Notes: a model not told the origin generated them from the letters alone. A stretch of DNA of 64,000 bases from an uncultured Actinomycetes bacterium (GCA_963704725.1 OY969934.1:128001-192000); one strand, 5' to 3'; shown: positions 9,788-22,853, counted from the first letter of the stretch. Program-made: numbers and translations.

Positions 9788-10877
9788 CAGAGCCTCCGGA
9801 ACCGGGCTTCTTGGGCTGACCGGGACGCGTGCCCGGCTTGGGCGTGCCCGGCTTGGGCGTGCCCGGGCGCCGGGTGGCCGAACCGGGCCGAGTGGTCGCC
9901 CGGCGCTTCCGCTCCATCTCCGCTCGATCGGACATCGAGGCGAAGAACCCCTTCTTGGACGAGCTCTCGTCCTTCTTGCCGTCCGCGGCCGCGGCGGCCA
10001 GCGTCTCGGCGGTGGGGCGCGTGCGGAGCATGTAGTACTGCTGGCCGATCTGCCACGCGTTCGACGTCGTCCAGTAGATCACCAGACCCGCGGGGAAGAA
10101 GATCCCGAACACGCCGAACATGATCGGCATGACCTTCATCAGCGTCTGCTGCTGCGACGACGCCGCGCCCGGGGGGCTGGCCTTTTGCATCTGCCGCTGC
10201 TGGTAGAAGGTCGTGCCGAACATCAGCGCGGCGAAGACGTAGTAGGGCACCCGGTTGACCGCCTTGCCGCAGTCGACCTGGTACTGGGGGTTCTTCCCGT
10301 TCTGGAACTTGATGCGGGTGTCCGAGATGGTCGCATCCTGGTTGCCGGCCTGCATCGCCGAGCACAGCAGGTTCATCCCGAGGAAGGACGTCCCTCCGGA
10401 GTCGCCGGGACCCTGGGCGTCGATCTGCGCCTGCGAGGTGACCGGCTGACCGTCGATGCTCTGCGGGATCTGCGCCACGACCGCGGCGTACAGCTTCGTG
10501 TCCGTCGGGACGTGGATGGGGTGCTGGGGGAAGCGCACCACCGAGTACATCGCGATGAGGATCGGGAACTGAAGCAGGACCGGCCAGCAGCCGGAGAACG
10601 GGTTCACCCCGTACTCCTTGTACAGCTTCATGATCTCTTCCTGTTGACGCTGCTTGTTCCCCTTGAACTTCTGCTGGATCTGCTTCACCTTCGGCTGGAT
10701 GATCTGCATGTGCTGCATCGACCGAACCTGGCGGATCCCGAGCGGGAGCAACACGACTCGGATGAGGATCGTGAGCACGATGATCGTGACCCCGAAGTTG
10801 GGGATCACCTCGTAGAGCCGGCCGACGACCCATCCCAGTCCGTCGAGCAGCGCCTGCCAGGCGCCCAGCGCGATCAT
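9753..10877 (-). CDS. yidC: Membrane protein insertase YidC
   Basis: [34 protein letters not shown] and [12 protein letters not shown] motifs. Confidence 0.96.
   Translation of the reverse strand: MIALGAWQALLDGLGWVVGRLYEVIPNFGVTIIVLTILIRVVLLPLGIRQVRSMQHMQIIQPKVKQIQQKFKGNKQRQQEEIMKLYKEYGVNPFSGCWPVLLQFPILIAMYSVVRFPQHPIHVPTDTKLYAAVVAQIPQSIDGQPVTSQAQIDAQGPGDSGGTSFLGMNLLCSAMQAGNQDATISDTRIKFQNGKNPQYQVDCGKAVNRVPYYVFAALMFGTTFYQQRQMQKASPPGAASSQQQTLMKVMPIMFGVFGIFFPAGLVIYWTTSNAWQIGQQYYMLRTRPTAETLAAAAADGKKDESSSKKGFFASMSDRAEMERKRRATTRPGSATRRPGTPKPGTPKPGTRPGQPKKPGSGGSGGGDPKKRPKR
9827..9866. repeat. 15-bp coding tandem repeat (GCGTGCCCGGCTTGG x2.7) in the yidC 3' end
   Basis: Units at 9827-9841, 9842-9856 and partial 9857-9866; encodes [13 protein letters not shown] in the basic YidC tail. 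Confidence 0.85.
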
Positions 10878-11179
10878 GACGCCGTACTCTGCTGTATGAC
10901 GTGGTCATACACGTCGCGCCGAGCTCGCGGCGGGACGTGATCGACGCCACCGGCGGTGAACGGGCCGCATCGGGCGATCCTCCATGCGGCCATGAGCGAA
11001 CCGCGAACCGCGCCGTGGATCCGGACCGCGTCCTCGGCGTAGTGAGAGCACGTTGGGTAGAAGCGGCACTGCCCGCCCAGCCACCCCGACAGGGACAGGC
11101 GATACAGGCGGATCAGGAAGACCAACGCGAGGCGTGCCGGCGCTCCGACCACCCAGACGGCGCGGCGGAGAGCGGTCAC
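10874..11179 (-). CDS. yidD: Membrane protein insertion efficiency factor YidD
   Basis: [11 protein letters not shown] ... [11 protein letters not shown] motifs; GTG overlaps the rnpA stop. Confidence 0.93.
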   Translation of the reverse strand: MTALRRAVWVVGAPARLALVFLIRLYRLSLSGWLGGQCRFYPTCSHYAEDAVRIHGAVRGSLMAAWRIARCGPFTAGGVDHVPPRARRDVYDHVIQQSTAS

Positions 11180-11460
11180 GACGGGATCACGTTCGCACGC
11201 GAGAGCAACCCCTCCACCTCCGGCACCAGGTCGGGCGTTCGGGCCCCGCGGATCGTTCCTCGGGCAACCAATGCGACGTCGTATCCCTCTCGGACCTTGG
11301 GCGCGAGCTCCCGCCACGCGGCCCGGAGGATCCGCCGGGCCCGGTTGCGGACAACCGCATCGCCGACACGGCGGCCGGCCACGAACGCGACCACCCCCGA
11401 GCCAGGCGCGACAAACACTACCATCCGGTCTCCATGGAATGCCCGGCCGGTGGACAGCAC
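11176..11460 (-). CDS. rnpA: Ribonuclease P protein component (start uncertain)
   Basis: [18 protein letters not shown] motif; lies between rpmH and yidD. Confidence 0.9.
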   Translation of the reverse strand: MLSTGRAFHGDRMVVFVAPGSGVVAFVAGRRVGDAVVRNRARRILRAAWRELAPKVREGYDVALVARGTIRGARTPDLVPEVEGLLSRANVIPS

Positions 11461-11490
11461 GCGACCGACGTCTTCCCTGCTCGTGGCCGG

Positions 11491-11628
11491 TTACGCCGAC
11501 AGCCGGGTGCGGCCCTTGGCCCGCCGGCGCGCCAGGATGGCGCGCCCCGCACGGGTCCGCATCCGGATGCGAAAACCGTGGCGCTTGGCCCGCCTGCGGT
11601 TGTTCGGCTGATAGGTCCGCTTCGACAT
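11491..11628 (-). CDS. rpmH: 50S ribosomal protein L34
   Basis: [45 protein letters not shown]. Confidence 0.98.
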   Translation of the reverse strand: MSKRTYQPNNRRRAKRHGFRIRMRTRAGRAILARRRAKGRTRLSA

Positions 11629-11820
11629 CGCTCCGCCCTCGGTAGGCGATCGCCCGCTCGTCGCCGTGATCGTCTCGGGCCGACGAAAGCCGGCCGTTCG
11701 GCCGGCCGCGGAAGTATAGCGGGTGGCTCGGGGAGGGCGAGATTCGAGGACGGCGGTCGGTCCCCGCGATCCGAGCGGGGAAAGGAGAAAGTGCGCCAAA
11801 AGGCCTCGCTCCGCGAGCGA

Positions 11821-11938
11821 TGGGGAAAAGCCTGGTGCTATATTCCCGCCGCGCATCCCCCGGCGCCCGCACTCCCCGCGGGTGGCCTCCGCCCTTCCCC
11901 CAAGGGTTTCCACATATGTGGAAAGGTTCTGTGGATAG
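11821..11938. promoter_or_regulatory. DnaA boxes in the rpmH-dnaA intergenic region
   Basis: TGGGGAAAA 11821-11829; head-to-head boxes forming the palindrome TTTCCACATATGTGGAAA 11907-11924; TGTGGATAG 11930-11938. Confidence 0.8.
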
Positions 11939-11942
11939 AGGC

Positions 11943-13322
11943 ATGGCCGTCGCATCCTTCGAGGAAGCCGCCGCAACCACCTGGACACACGTCGTCGAGC
12001 GGGCGCGACGCGAGCTCTCGGAGAGCTCGTTCTCGATGTGGTTTCAGGAGGTCCGGGCCACCACCTTGCACGACGGCGTCCTCGAGGTCCTGGCGCCCTC
12101 CGAGTACGTCAAGGACTGGCTGGCCAAGCACTACCTCGGCCTGATCCAGTCGGCCGCCACCGAGGCCGCCGGCCTCCCAGTCCGGATCCGGCTCGACGCC
12201 GACCGCTCCGAGAACATTGCACCGCAACGCATTCCTGACACACCGCCACCGGAACGAGCTCCCATCGACCGGCCGGCCATGGGGGCTCCCGGCCTCCCGT
12301 TCCCGGCGTACACGTTCGAGGCGTTCGTCCCGGGCCCGTCCAATCGGTTCGCCCACGCCGCCGCCATGGCCGTGGCCGAGACCCCACCCTCCAAGGCGTA
12401 CAACCCGCTGTTCATCTACGGCGGCGTCGGGCTGGGCAAGACGCACCTCCTCGTGGCGATCGGGCACCACATGCACCGGCTCTCCCCGCGGCTCCACGTC
12501 AAGTACGTGACGAGCGAGAGCTTCATGGCGGAGTTCATCAAGGCGGTTCGTGAGCGCCAGGGCTACCAGTTCGCCGCCCGCTACCGAGACGTCGACGTGC
12601 TCCTCGTCGACGACATCCAGTTCCTGGCCAAACGCGAGGAGACGCAGACCGAGTTCTTCCACACGTTCAACGCGCTCCACGAGAAGGAGCGCCAGATCGT
12701 CATCGCGTCGGACCGCCCACCCCAGGAGCTCGGCATGGAGGAGCGCCTGCAGTCTCGCTTCCGGCTCGGCCTGTGCGTGGACGTCCAGCCTCCCGACCTG
12801 GAGACGCGCATCGCGATCCTGCAGCTCAAGGCCCAGCGCGAGCACGTCCACGTTCCCGACGACGTGATCGAGTTCATCGCGAGCAAGTTCGACCAGAACA
12901 TCCGCGAGCTGGAGGGCGCCCTGGTGCGCGTCGTCGCCTGGTCGGACCTCACCGGCCACCCCATCACGACCGAGCTCGCCGAGCACGCGCTCGAGGACCT
13001 CCTGCCCCAGGCGGAGGCGGAGATCCCACCCCTGCTGATCCTGGAGGAGAGCGCCAAGTACTTCGGGCTCTCGGTCGACGACCTGGTCAGCCCCAACCGC
13101 TCACGGCCGCTCACGACCGCCCGCCACGTCGCCATGTACCTCATGCGCGAGTGCAGCGGCCAGAGCCTGGTCAAGATCGGCGAGACCTTCGGGGGGCGTG
13201 ACCACACCACCGCGCGCCACGGGATCTTGAAGATCGAGCGCGACATCCGGGCCCGTACCACCACCTACCGCCAGGTCCAGGACCTCTCCCGCATCATCCG
13301 GGACCGGGCGAGGAGCGCATGA
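11943..13322 (+). CDS. dnaA: Chromosomal replication initiator DnaA
   Basis: [39 protein letters not shown] and GGRDHTT motifs. Confidence 0.98.
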   Translation: MAVASFEEAAATTWTHVVERARRELSESSFSMWFQEVRATTLHDGVLEVLAPSEYVKDWLAKHYLGLIQSAATEAAGLPVRIRLDADRSENIAPQRIPDTPPPERAPIDRPAMGAPGLPFPAYTFEAFVPGPSNRFAHAAAMAVAETPPSKAYNPLFIYGGVGLGKTHLLVAIGHHMHRLSPRLHVKYVTSESFMAEFIKAVRERQGYQFAARYRDVDVLLVDDIQFLAKREETQTEFFHTFNALHEKERQIVIASDRPPQELGMEERLQSRFRLGLCVDVQPPDLETRIAILQLKAQREHVHVPDDVIEFIASKFDQNIRELEGALVRVVAWSDLTGHPITTELAEHALEDLLPQAEAEIPPLLILEESAKYFGLSVDDLVSPNRSRPLTTARHVAMYLMRECSGQSLVKIGETFGGRDHTTARHGILKIERDIRARTTTYRQVQDLSRIIRDRARSA

Positions 13323-13535
13323 CCGGCCCGGTGCAGACGCGTGGGACAACCCGGGAACGGGCTGGGAGCGAGAGGGACATCCGAGCGGGTCGTGCACCGT
13401 TTCCCACAGCCCGTCCCCATGTCCTAGGGGCACGGTACGCTCGGGTTTTGGGGGGGTTATCCCGTTTTCCCCAGCCCCTACCACTACTAAGAGAGATATA
13501 CGGAAGCCGGTAGAAGCAGTGAGGAGGGTGAAACC
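13323..13535. other. oriC: Replication origin oriC (dnaA-dnaN intergenic region)
   Basis: Boxes TTTCCCACA 13400-13408 and TTTTCCCCA 13465-13473, a GCCC spacer, then DnaA-trio-like CTA CCA CTA CTA 13478-13489 and an A/T-richer stretch; backbone gene orientation switches at rpmH/dnaA. Confidence 0.85.
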
Positions 13536-14639
13536 GTGAAGTTCCGGTGCGACCGCGATGCGCTCTCCGAGGCGCTCCAGACCGTCCAGCGAGGCGTCTC
13601 GTCCCGTCCCGGCATCCCGGCCCTGACCGGGGTGCTCATCGAGGCATCGACGGACGGAACGCTCACGCTCACGACCACCGATCTCGAGGTGTCGGCGCAG
13701 CTCTCGATCGAGGTCCAGGTGTCGGAGGAGGGGATCGCGCTGGTGCCGGCCCGGCTCCTCGGCGACACGGTCAAGAGCCTGTCGGACGCGCCGGTGGACC
13801 TCGAGGCGGACCGGGCCCAGGCGCGGATCCGCTGCGCGGCCTACGAGGGGGCCCTCCGACTGCTCCCGGCCGAGGACTTCCCGGCGTTGCAGCCGCCGAC
13901 CGGGACCCGCGTGGTGGTCGAGGCGGCGCGGTTCGCGGAGGCGGTGGGGCAGGTGGCGCGAGCGGCCTCGCGCGACGAGGCCCGGCCGGTGCTCACCGGC
14001 GTCCTCCTCGAGGTGAGCCGGGAGGGCCTGACGCTCGTCGCGACCGACTCGTACCGGCTGGCGGTGCGCGAGCTCGTCGCGACCGCCGGCGGGGAGTCGA
14101 AGGCGATCGTGCCGGAGCGGGCGCTGGCCGAGGCGGGCCGCGCCTCGCAGGCGATCGAGAAGGGTGACGTCGAGCTGTTCCTCGACGAGAGCCAGGTCTC
14201 GTTCCACCTGGGGGGCCTCACGCTGACCTCGCGCCTCATCGAGGGCGAGTTTCCCAACTACCGGGCGCTGCTGCCCGAGCAGTACGAGAGCCGGCTCACG
14301 GTCTCGAGACAGCAGCTCATGGACGCCGTCCGCCGGGTGGGGCTCCTGGCGCGGGACACGTCGCCCGTCCGGCTGGAGTTCAACGCGCTCGGTGTGAAGC
14401 TGTCCTCGTCGTCCCCGGACCTGGGGCAGGCCGTCGAAGCGGTCGAGGCACGGTTCGAGGGCGAGGACCTCACCGCCGCGTTCAACCCGACCTATCTGGC
14501 GGACGGGCTCGGGGCGGCGACGGGGGAGATGGTGCGCCTCGAGGTGCGGGACGGGCTGAAGCCGGGCATCGTGCGCGGTGACTCGGACGATTTCACCTAT
14601 CTCGTGATGCCGGTCCGGCTCCCCACGCCCGTCGGATAG
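13536..14639 (+). CDS. dnaN: DNA polymerase III beta sliding clamp
   Basis: TTTDLE, RPVLTGV, ATDSYRL, RLIEGEFPNY and YLVMPVR motifs. Confidence 0.98.
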   Translation: MKFRCDRDALSEALQTVQRGVSSRPGIPALTGVLIEASTDGTLTLTTTDLEVSAQLSIEVQVSEEGIALVPARLLGDTVKSLSDAPVDLEADRAQARIRCAAYEGALRLLPAEDFPALQPPTGTRVVVEAARFAEAVGQVARAASRDEARPVLTGVLLEVSREGLTLVATDSYRLAVRELVATAGGESKAIVPERALAEAGRASQAIEKGDVELFLDESQVSFHLGGLTLTSRLIEGEFPNYRALLPEQYESRLTVSRQQLMDAVRRVGLLARDTSPVRLEFNALGVKLSSSSPDLGQAVEAVEARFEGEDLTAAFNPTYLADGLGAATGEMVRLEVRDGLKPGIVRGDSDDFTYLVMPVRLPTPVG

Positions 14640-14649
14640 CGCCGACGGC

Positions 14650-15750
14650 GTGCGCCTGTCCTGGGTCGAGCTCCGGGACTTCCGCAACCACGCGGAGACG
14701 AGGCTCGAGGAGATCCCCGAAGGCCTCGTCGTGGCCGTGGGCCCGAACGGGGAGGGCAAGACCAACCTCCTCGAGGGGATCGCCTTCCTGTTCCTGCTCC
14801 AGTCGCCTCGTACGTCCTCGACCGAGCCGATCGTCCGCCGGAGCGCCGAGGCGGCCTACGCGCGCGGCGAGACCGAGACGGAGAACGGCCGGATGCTGGT
14901 GGAGGTCGAGATCCCCGGTCGAGGAGCCAACCGCGTACAGCTCAATCGGTCGCCCGTCCGGCGCAAGCGCGACGTCCGACGCCAGGTCCGCGGGGTGTTC
15001 TTCGGTCCGGACGACCTCGTCGTGGTGATCGGCGACCCGTCGCGCCGCCGAGACTTCATGGACGAGGCCGTGCGAACGCTGTGGCCGCTCAAGGAGGGCG
15101 CGATCACCGCCTACGACCGGGCCCTGCGCCAGCGGAACCGGCTGCTGAAGGAATGGGAGGGACGGGGCGCGCCGGCGGACCTCGAGGCGTGGGACGCCGA
15201 GCTCACCGAGGCGGGGTGCGCGCTGGTCCGGCTCCGCCGCGAAGCCATCGAGCGACTGGCGCCGCCCGCGAGCGAGGAGTACCGGCATCTGGCCGGATAC
15301 GGGCTCGCGTGCACGTACGCGCCCAACGTCGGCGAGGAGCCTCTCGAGGCGGCGTTCGCCGAACGGCTGGCGGCCCGCCGCGAGGACGAGGTCGTTCGCC
15401 GGACCACGCTGGTCGGTCCGCACCGAGACGACGTCGCGCTGGCGGTCCGCGACCTGGGCGCCCGGAGCTTCGCCAGTCACGGTGAGGGATGGGCGGCGGC
15501 GCTGTGCCTGCGCCTCGGGCTGGCCGCGGCCGTGACCGAGGAGGTCCGCGAGCGGCCGGTGCTGCTGCTCGACGACCCCTTCTCGGCGCTCGACCCCCGC
15601 CGGCAGCAACGGGTCGCGGAGCGGCTCGTGGATCGGGGTCAGGTGTTCGTCAGCGTGGCGGATGAGTCCCACGTCCCGCAGGACGCGGCTCGGGTGTGGG
15701 ACGTGGCCGGCGGGGCGGTCTCCGAGCGCGGAACCTCGGGGGCGCCCTGA
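14650..15750 (+). CDS. recF: DNA replication and repair protein RecF
   Basis: DFRN, GPNGEGKTNLLE, GPHRDD and LLLDD motifs. Confidence 0.96.
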   Translation: MRLSWVELRDFRNHAETRLEEIPEGLVVAVGPNGEGKTNLLEGIAFLFLLQSPRTSSTEPIVRRSAEAAYARGETETENGRMLVEVEIPGRGANRVQLNRSPVRRKRDVRRQVRGVFFGPDDLVVVIGDPSRRRDFMDEAVRTLWPLKEGAITAYDRALRQRNRLLKEWEGRGAPADLEAWDAELTEAGCALVRLRREAIERLAPPASEEYRHLAGYGLACTYAPNVGEEPLEAAFAERLAARREDEVVRRTTLVGPHRDDVALAVRDLGARSFASHGEGWAAALCLRLGLAAAVTEEVRERPVLLLDDPFSALDPRRQQRVAERLVDRGQVFVSVADESHVPQDAARVWDVAGGAVSERGTSGAP

Positions 15751-16103
15751 TGCCGCACAGCAAGGGATGGCGGGGCCGCAAGGACGAGCGCACGCTCCGA
15801 GAGACGACGATCGGAGACATCGTCGACGGCCTGATGCGCGAGCGAGCGTTCGCCCGAGGGGTCCCGATCGGCCAGCTCGCGGCCTCGTGGAGCGCGATCG
15901 TTGGGGAGCGCCTGGCCGGCGAGTCCGCGCCGCTCAGCCTGGAGGGAGGCGTGCTCGTGGTCGCCACGACCGACGGACCGTGGGGGGCGCAGGTCCGCTT
16001 CCTCGCCGCCGAGATCCGAAAGAAGGCCAACGAGGCGCTCGGCTCCGCCGCGGTTCGCCGCGTCCAGGTCGTCGTCCGCGAGCCTCGCTCGAGACCGTTG
16101 TAG
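15750..16103 (+). CDS. DUF721/DciA-family protein
   Basis: W..IVG..LA ... GVLVV ... W motif pattern; conserved slot between recF and gyrB. Confidence 0.85.
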   Translation: MPHSKGWRGRKDERTLRETTIGDIVDGLMRERAFARGVPIGQLAASWSAIVGERLAGESAPLSLEGGVLVVATTDGPWGAQVRFLAAEIRKKANEALGSAAVRRVQVVVREPRSRPL

Positions 16104-18221
<2,118 letters not shown>

Positions 18222-18235
18222 GCAGCGAGGCCTAG

Positions 18236-20683
18236 ATGTCGGAGAATCTCTTTCAGGGACGGATCGAGGACGTCCAGCTCGAGGACCAGATCCAGACCTC
18301 GTACCTCGACTACTCGATGTCCGTCATCGTCGGGCGCGCTCTGCCCGACGTCCGCGACGGATTGAAGCCCGTCCACCGCCGGATCCTGTGGTCGATGCTC
18401 GAGGGCGGCCTGCGCCCGGACCGCCCCCACCGCAAGTCGGCCTGGGCGGTCGGCGAGGTCGTGAAGAAGTACCACCCACACGGGCTCGAGGCCGTGTACG
18501 ACTCGTTGGTGCGGATGGCGCAGGACTTCTCGCTCCGGCATCCGCTGGTGGACCCGCACGGCAACTTCGGCTCGGTCGACGGCGACCCGCCTGCGGCCAT
18601 GCGGTATACCGAGGCGCGCCTGGCGCCCATCGCGCTCGAGCTCCTGCGCGACATCGACGCCGAGACGGTCGACTTCGTCCCCAACTACGACGGCTACGAG
18701 CAGCAGCCCACGGTGCTGCCGTCGCGCTTCCCCAACCTGCTCGTGAACGGCTCCGGCGGGATCGCCGTCGGCATGGCCACGAACATCCCCCCGCACAACC
18801 TCGGCGAGGTGATCGACGGCGTCGTGCACTTCATCGACCATCCCGAAGCCACGCCGGCGGACCTCATGAAGTTCATCAAGGGTCCGGACTTCCCGACCGG
18901 CGGCATCGTGATGGGCCGGGACGGGATCAAGGACGCCTTCGAGACCGGCCGAGGCTCCGTCAAGGTGCGGGCGGTGTGCACGATCGAGGAGTCCGCACGC
19001 GGGACCCAGCAGATCGTCGTGACCGAGCTGCCGTACCAGGTGAACAAGGCGCGGCTCGCGGCCAAGATCGCCGAGCTCTTCCACGCCGGTCGGGTGAAGG
19101 ACATCGCGAACATCAGCGACCATTCGAGCGGCCGCAACGGCATGCGGCTCGTGATCTCGTTGAAGCGGGGCGCCAACCCCCAGGTGGTCCTGAACCAGCT
19201 CTACAAGCACACCCAGCTGCAGGACAACTTCGGCGTCATCATGCTCTCGCTCGTCGACGGAGTCCCCCGGACGCTGAACCTGGCGGAGATGGTCGGGTAC
19301 TACGTCGACCACCAGGTCGACGTCGTGACCCGGCGCACGCGCTACCAGCTGAGGCGCGCCGAGGAGCGCGACCACATCGTCCTGGGGCTGCTGATCGCCC
19401 TGGACAACCTCGACGCCGTGATCCGGGTCATCCGCGGGTCGCAGGACGCCGAGGAGGCCCGGACCAAGCTGATGAAGCAGTTCAAGCTCAGCGAGATCCA
19501 GGCCAACCACATCCTGGACATGCCGCTGCGCCGCCTGACGAGGCTGGCGCGCGCCGAGCTCGACCAGGAGCACAAGGAGCTCCTGGCTCGGATCCGGTAC
19601 CTGAAGGGGCTGCTCCGCGACCCCAAGAAGATCCGCGGCGTCATCAAGGAGGAGCTCCTCGAGATCAAGCAGAGGTACGCGAACCCCCGTCGCTCCCAGC
19701 TCAAGGCGGACGAGGGCGAGCTCGACGTCGAGGATCTCATCGCCGAGGAGGACGTGGTCATCACGGTCAGCCGCGCCGGCTACGTGAAGCGCCAGCCGAT
19801 CGAGAACTTCCGGCGGCAGGGTCGGGGGGGCAAGGGCGTTCGGGGACAGAACCTGAAGGAGGAGGACGTCGTCCGCGGCGTCTTCACGACGACGACCCAC
19901 CACTGGCTGCTCTTCTTCACGAGCAAGGGCAAGGTGTACCGGGTCAAGGTCCACGAGGTCCCTGAGGCCTCGCGCACCGCGCGAGGGACCTACGCCGCCA
20001 ACCTTCCCGGCGTGGCGATCTCGGGCGACGAGCGCGTCCAGGCCGTCATCGACCTCAAGGAGTACGAGGACGGCCGGTACCTGCTCTTCGCCACGCGCAA
20101 GGGCATGGTCAAGAAGACCACGCTGCCCGAGTACGACTCGCCGCGCACGGGGTTGGCGGCGATCAACCTCCACCCGGGCGACGAGCTCATCGACGTCCGC
20201 CTGACCGACGGCAAGGACGACGTCCTCCTGATCTCGCGGAAGGGACAGACGATCCGGTTCCGCGAGGGCGCGGTTCGTCCCATGGGGCGCCAGACGGCCG
20301 GCGTGATCGGGATGCGGCTGGCCGAGGACGACGAGGTCATCGCGCTCGGCATCGCGTCCGAGGGCGAGGAGGTCATCAGCGTCACGCACCAGGGGTACGG
20401 CAAGCGGACGCCGTTGAGGGACTACCCGGTCAAGGGCCGCAGCGGCAAGGGCGTGATCGGTCACACGCTGACGCGCAAGACCGGGCTGCTGGCCGGGGCG
20501 TTCGTCGGCTCCAAGGACCAGGACATGTTCGTGATCTCCTCGTCGGGGATCGTGATCCGCGTGGCGGCCGGCGACATCCGCCGGGTGGGACGGGCCTCTC
20601 AGGGCGTGCGGACGATGCGCGTCGAGGAGGGCGCCACCGTCGTGGCGCTCGCGCCCGTCATCGCGCAGGCCGAGGAGGAGTAG
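18236..20683 (+). CDS. gyrA: DNA gyrase subunit A
   Basis: [20 protein letters not shown] catalytic Tyr, GyrA-box QGRGGKG, beta-pinwheel CTD. Confidence 0.97.
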   Translation: MSENLFQGRIEDVQLEDQIQTSYLDYSMSVIVGRALPDVRDGLKPVHRRILWSMLEGGLRPDRPHRKSAWAVGEVVKKYHPHGLEAVYDSLVRMAQDFSLRHPLVDPHGNFGSVDGDPPAAMRYTEARLAPIALELLRDIDAETVDFVPNYDGYEQQPTVLPSRFPNLLVNGSGGIAVGMATNIPPHNLGEVIDGVVHFIDHPEATPADLMKFIKGPDFPTGGIVMGRDGIKDAFETGRGSVKVRAVCTIEESARGTQQIVVTELPYQVNKARLAAKIAELFHAGRVKDIANISDHSSGRNGMRLVISLKRGANPQVVLNQLYKHTQLQDNFGVIMLSLVDGVPRTLNLAEMVGYYVDHQVDVVTRRTRYQLRRAEERDHIVLGLLIALDNLDAVIRVIRGSQDAEEARTKLMKQFKLSEIQANHILDMPLRRLTRLARAELDQEHKELLARIRYLKGLLRDPKKIRGVIKEELLEIKQRYANPRRSQLKADEGELDVEDLIAEEDVVITVSRAGYVKRQPIENFRRQGRGGKGVRGQNLKEEDVVRGVFTTTTHHWLLFFTSKGKVYRVKVHEVPEASRTARGTYAANLPGVAISGDERVQAVIDLKEYEDGRYLLFATRKGMVKKTTLPEYDSPRTGLAAINLHPGDELIDVRLTDGKDDVLLISRKGQTIRFREGAVRPMGRQTAGVIGMRLAEDDEVIALGIASEGEEVISVTHQGYGKRTPLRDYPVKGRSGKGVIGHTLTRKTGLLAGAFVGSKDQDMFVISSSGIVIRVAAGDIRRVGRASQGVRTMRVEEGATVVALAPVIAQAEEE

Positions 20684-21896
20684 CCGCCCCACCCTCCTCG
20701 GGCAGCGGGACGTGGCGGAAGGCCCGGAACAGCAGCAGGTCGTAGACCACCTTCAGCGTGCCCGCGATCACGAACGGCGCGCCGAGCGCCACCCGCTCCA
20801 TCACCACGCCTGCGCTCGCGGCGCCGAAGGGTCGCGCCACGTATCGGGCGGTGTTGGTGTACGCCGCGGCCGCGACGCGCTCCTGCGGATCGACCATCGA
20901 CACGACGTAGGCCTGCCGTGCGGGGACGTCCATCTGCGACAGGATCGAGCGCAGCAGCAGCATGGCGACGGCCGTTCCCAGCCCCGGCATGGCGGGGATC
21001 AGCGCGAGGAAGACGTTCGACGGCAGGTGGGTGAACACCATGGTGTTCAGCAGACCGATCCGGCCCGCGAGCCTCCCGGAGGCGATCGAGGATCCGGCCT
21101 GCAGGAGCCCCACGGCGAACAGGACGACCCCCATCGTCGCCGCGGTCGCGCCGAACCTTCGGGAGAACCAGAACGCGACGAACGTCGTCACCACGAACCC
21201 ACCCGCTCCCGCGTCCAGCCCGAAGAGGACGGCGAGCCGGGCGACGGTCGTTCGCGAGCGTTGCAGCGGGCGCCCGGGCGTGGTCGAGCCGTGCTCGACG
21301 GCGCTCGACAGGCGCCTCGCGATCGCCACGCAGGCCGCGGCGGCGAGGGGGAACACGAGCAGCCATCGCTGGTTCGGAGGGATCCACGGCAGCGACCGGC
21401 GGAGCAGGGCCGGCCCCCCGCCGGCGAGAGCACCGCACGCCCCGGCGACGTACGCCACGGCGTTGTACCTCCCGAACACCCTGGCACGGAGCGCCGGCGG
21501 CGAGCCCCCCATCATCGCCTGCTCGATCGACGTGATGGGACCGGACTCGTTCGGGTCGGTGGAGAGCGTCCCGCTGAGGGCCACGGCCATGAGCACCGGA
21601 AGGGCGTCGGCGTACGCGTAGACGAGCCCGGCGGCGCCCATCACGGCGAGGAGCAGGGCGTAGAGGTGCCGGCGCCCCGTGCGATCCGCGACGCTCCCCA
21701 CCGCCACCGAGACGAGCGCGTTGCCGGCGAGCATCGAGGTGAACACGAGCCCGACCTGTGTATCGGACAGCCCGCCGTCCGCGAGGGAGGTGCCCAGGAT
21801 CACGCTCGCGAAGCCGTACACGAAGGCGCGGATGGCCTGCACGGCCAGGATCGCGCGCAGGTCGTGCTCGGTGGCATCGGAGCCGCTCGGTCGCAT
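20658..21896 (-). CDS. MFS transporter
   Basis: About 12 hydrophobic segments; ADRTGRR motif A; QMDVPARQAY; start at 21896 inferred. Confidence 0.88.
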   Translation of the reverse strand: MRPSGSDATEHDLRAILAVQAIRAFVYGFASVILGTSLADGGLSDTQVGLVFTSMLAGNALVSVAVGSVADRTGRRHLYALLLAVMGAAGLVYAYADALPVLMAVALSGTLSTDPNESGPITSIEQAMMGGSPPALRARVFGRYNAVAYVAGACGALAGGGPALLRRSLPWIPPNQRWLLVFPLAAAACVAIARRLSSAVEHGSTTPGRPLQRSRTTVARLAVLFGLDAGAGGFVVTTFVAFWFSRRFGATAATMGVVLFAVGLLQAGSSIASGRLAGRIGLLNTMVFTHLPSNVFLALIPAMPGLGTAVAMLLLRSILSQMDVPARQAYVVSMVDPQERVAAAAYTNTARYVARPFGAASAGVVMERVALGAPFVIAGTLKVVYDLLLFRAFRHVPLPEEGGAATPPRPAR

Positions 21897-21918
21897 CAGC
21901 CTCGGCGATAATCCCATC

Positions 21919-22170
21919 GTGGGCGAGGGGATCGCGCTGATCGGCGGGGGAACCGTGCTCGGACTCGGCGTCGCTCTGTTGGCTTGGCGGCGCCTGTCCC
22001 CGGCGCTTGCCCTCGGCATGCTCGCCGCGGCCGGGGCGATCGTCGGCTCGGGCGCCCTGCTGGTCCAGGATCGGGCGAGCGGGGCCGATTGGGCCCTCAC
22101 GCTGGTGATGCTGGGAGGACTCACCCCGCTGCACGCGTGGCTGCTGTTCGGCCGCTCGCGAGAGCCCTGA
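21919..22170 (+). CDS. Small membrane protein (83 aa, about 3 TM)
   Basis: GTG 6 nt after a GATAAT -10-like hexamer; three hydrophobic stretches. Confidence 0.55.
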   Translation: MGEGIALIGGGTVLGLGVALLAWRRLSPALALGMLAAAGAIVGSGALLVQDRASGADWALTLVMLGGLTPLHAWLLFGRSREP

Positions 22171-22225
22171 TCAGCCGGGCATGGTTGCCGTGGCCTCCGC
22201 CGCCGCGTAGAAATGGGCGGAACCG

Positions 22226-22684
22226 ATGAGCGAGCCGGCAGGTCCGATCCCCGTGGCCACCACCCAGACGCGCCCGCGCGTCGAGGCCGACGCGCCGCAG
22301 AAGGCGCCGAAGCCCAAGCGCTTGCGCCGCCCGAAGGCTCGTCAGGCTCGGGTCGTCATCCGCAAGGTGGGCCCGTGGTCGGTGCTGAAGCTCTCGTTCC
22401 TGTTCTACCTCTGCGTCATGGTGGTGATCCTCGGCGCGCTGGTGATCCTGTACGGCGTGCTCGACGCGATCGGCGCCCTGAAGTCGGTGACGGACCTGAT
22501 CCGGGACCTGTTCGCGGACCAGCAGTTCGTCATCCACGGCGACTGGCTCTTCACGCGCGCGGTCCTGATCGGGCTGGCCATGGTCGTCATCTGGTCGCTC
22601 ATCAACGTGTTCGTCGCGTTCCTGTACAACCTGATCTCCGACATCGTCGGCGGAGTGGAGGTCACGCTCTCCGAGCGGCGGTGA
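22226..22684 (+). CDS. DUF3566 membrane protein
   Basis: PWSVLKLS ... FLYNLISDIVGGVEVTL; conserved position between gyrA and tRNA-Ile. Confidence 0.9.
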   Translation: MSEPAGPIPVATTQTRPRVEADAPQKAPKPKRLRRPKARQARVVIRKVGPWSVLKLSFLFYLCVMVVILGALVILYGVLDAIGALKSVTDLIRDLFADQQFVIHGDWLFTRAVLIGLAMVVIWSLINVFVAFLYNLISDIVGGVEVTLSERR

Positions 22685-22778
22685 CGTTTGTGCTGCTCAT
22701 CGACGTGATTGACACGGTTTCGAGGGCGCGCGTACGCTTGGCCGCGGGCCGGGTCGATGGCCCCCGCGGTTTCGTTCC

Positions 22779-22853
22779 GGGCCTGTAGCTCAGCTCGGTT
22801 AGAGCGCATCCCTGATAAGGATGAGGTCGTTGGTTCAAGTCCAACCAGGCCCA
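22779..22853 (+). tRNA. tRNA-Ile(GAT)
   Basis: GGGCCTG/CAGGCCC acceptor stem, CTGATAA anticodon loop, GTTCAAGTC T-loop; CCA not encoded. Confidence 0.97.

Noticed and set aside
10874-11980. 368-aa ORF running through rpmH and rnpA into yidD
   Set aside because: Only the last 101 aa are YidD; the rest is an alternative-frame shadow of rpmH and rnpA
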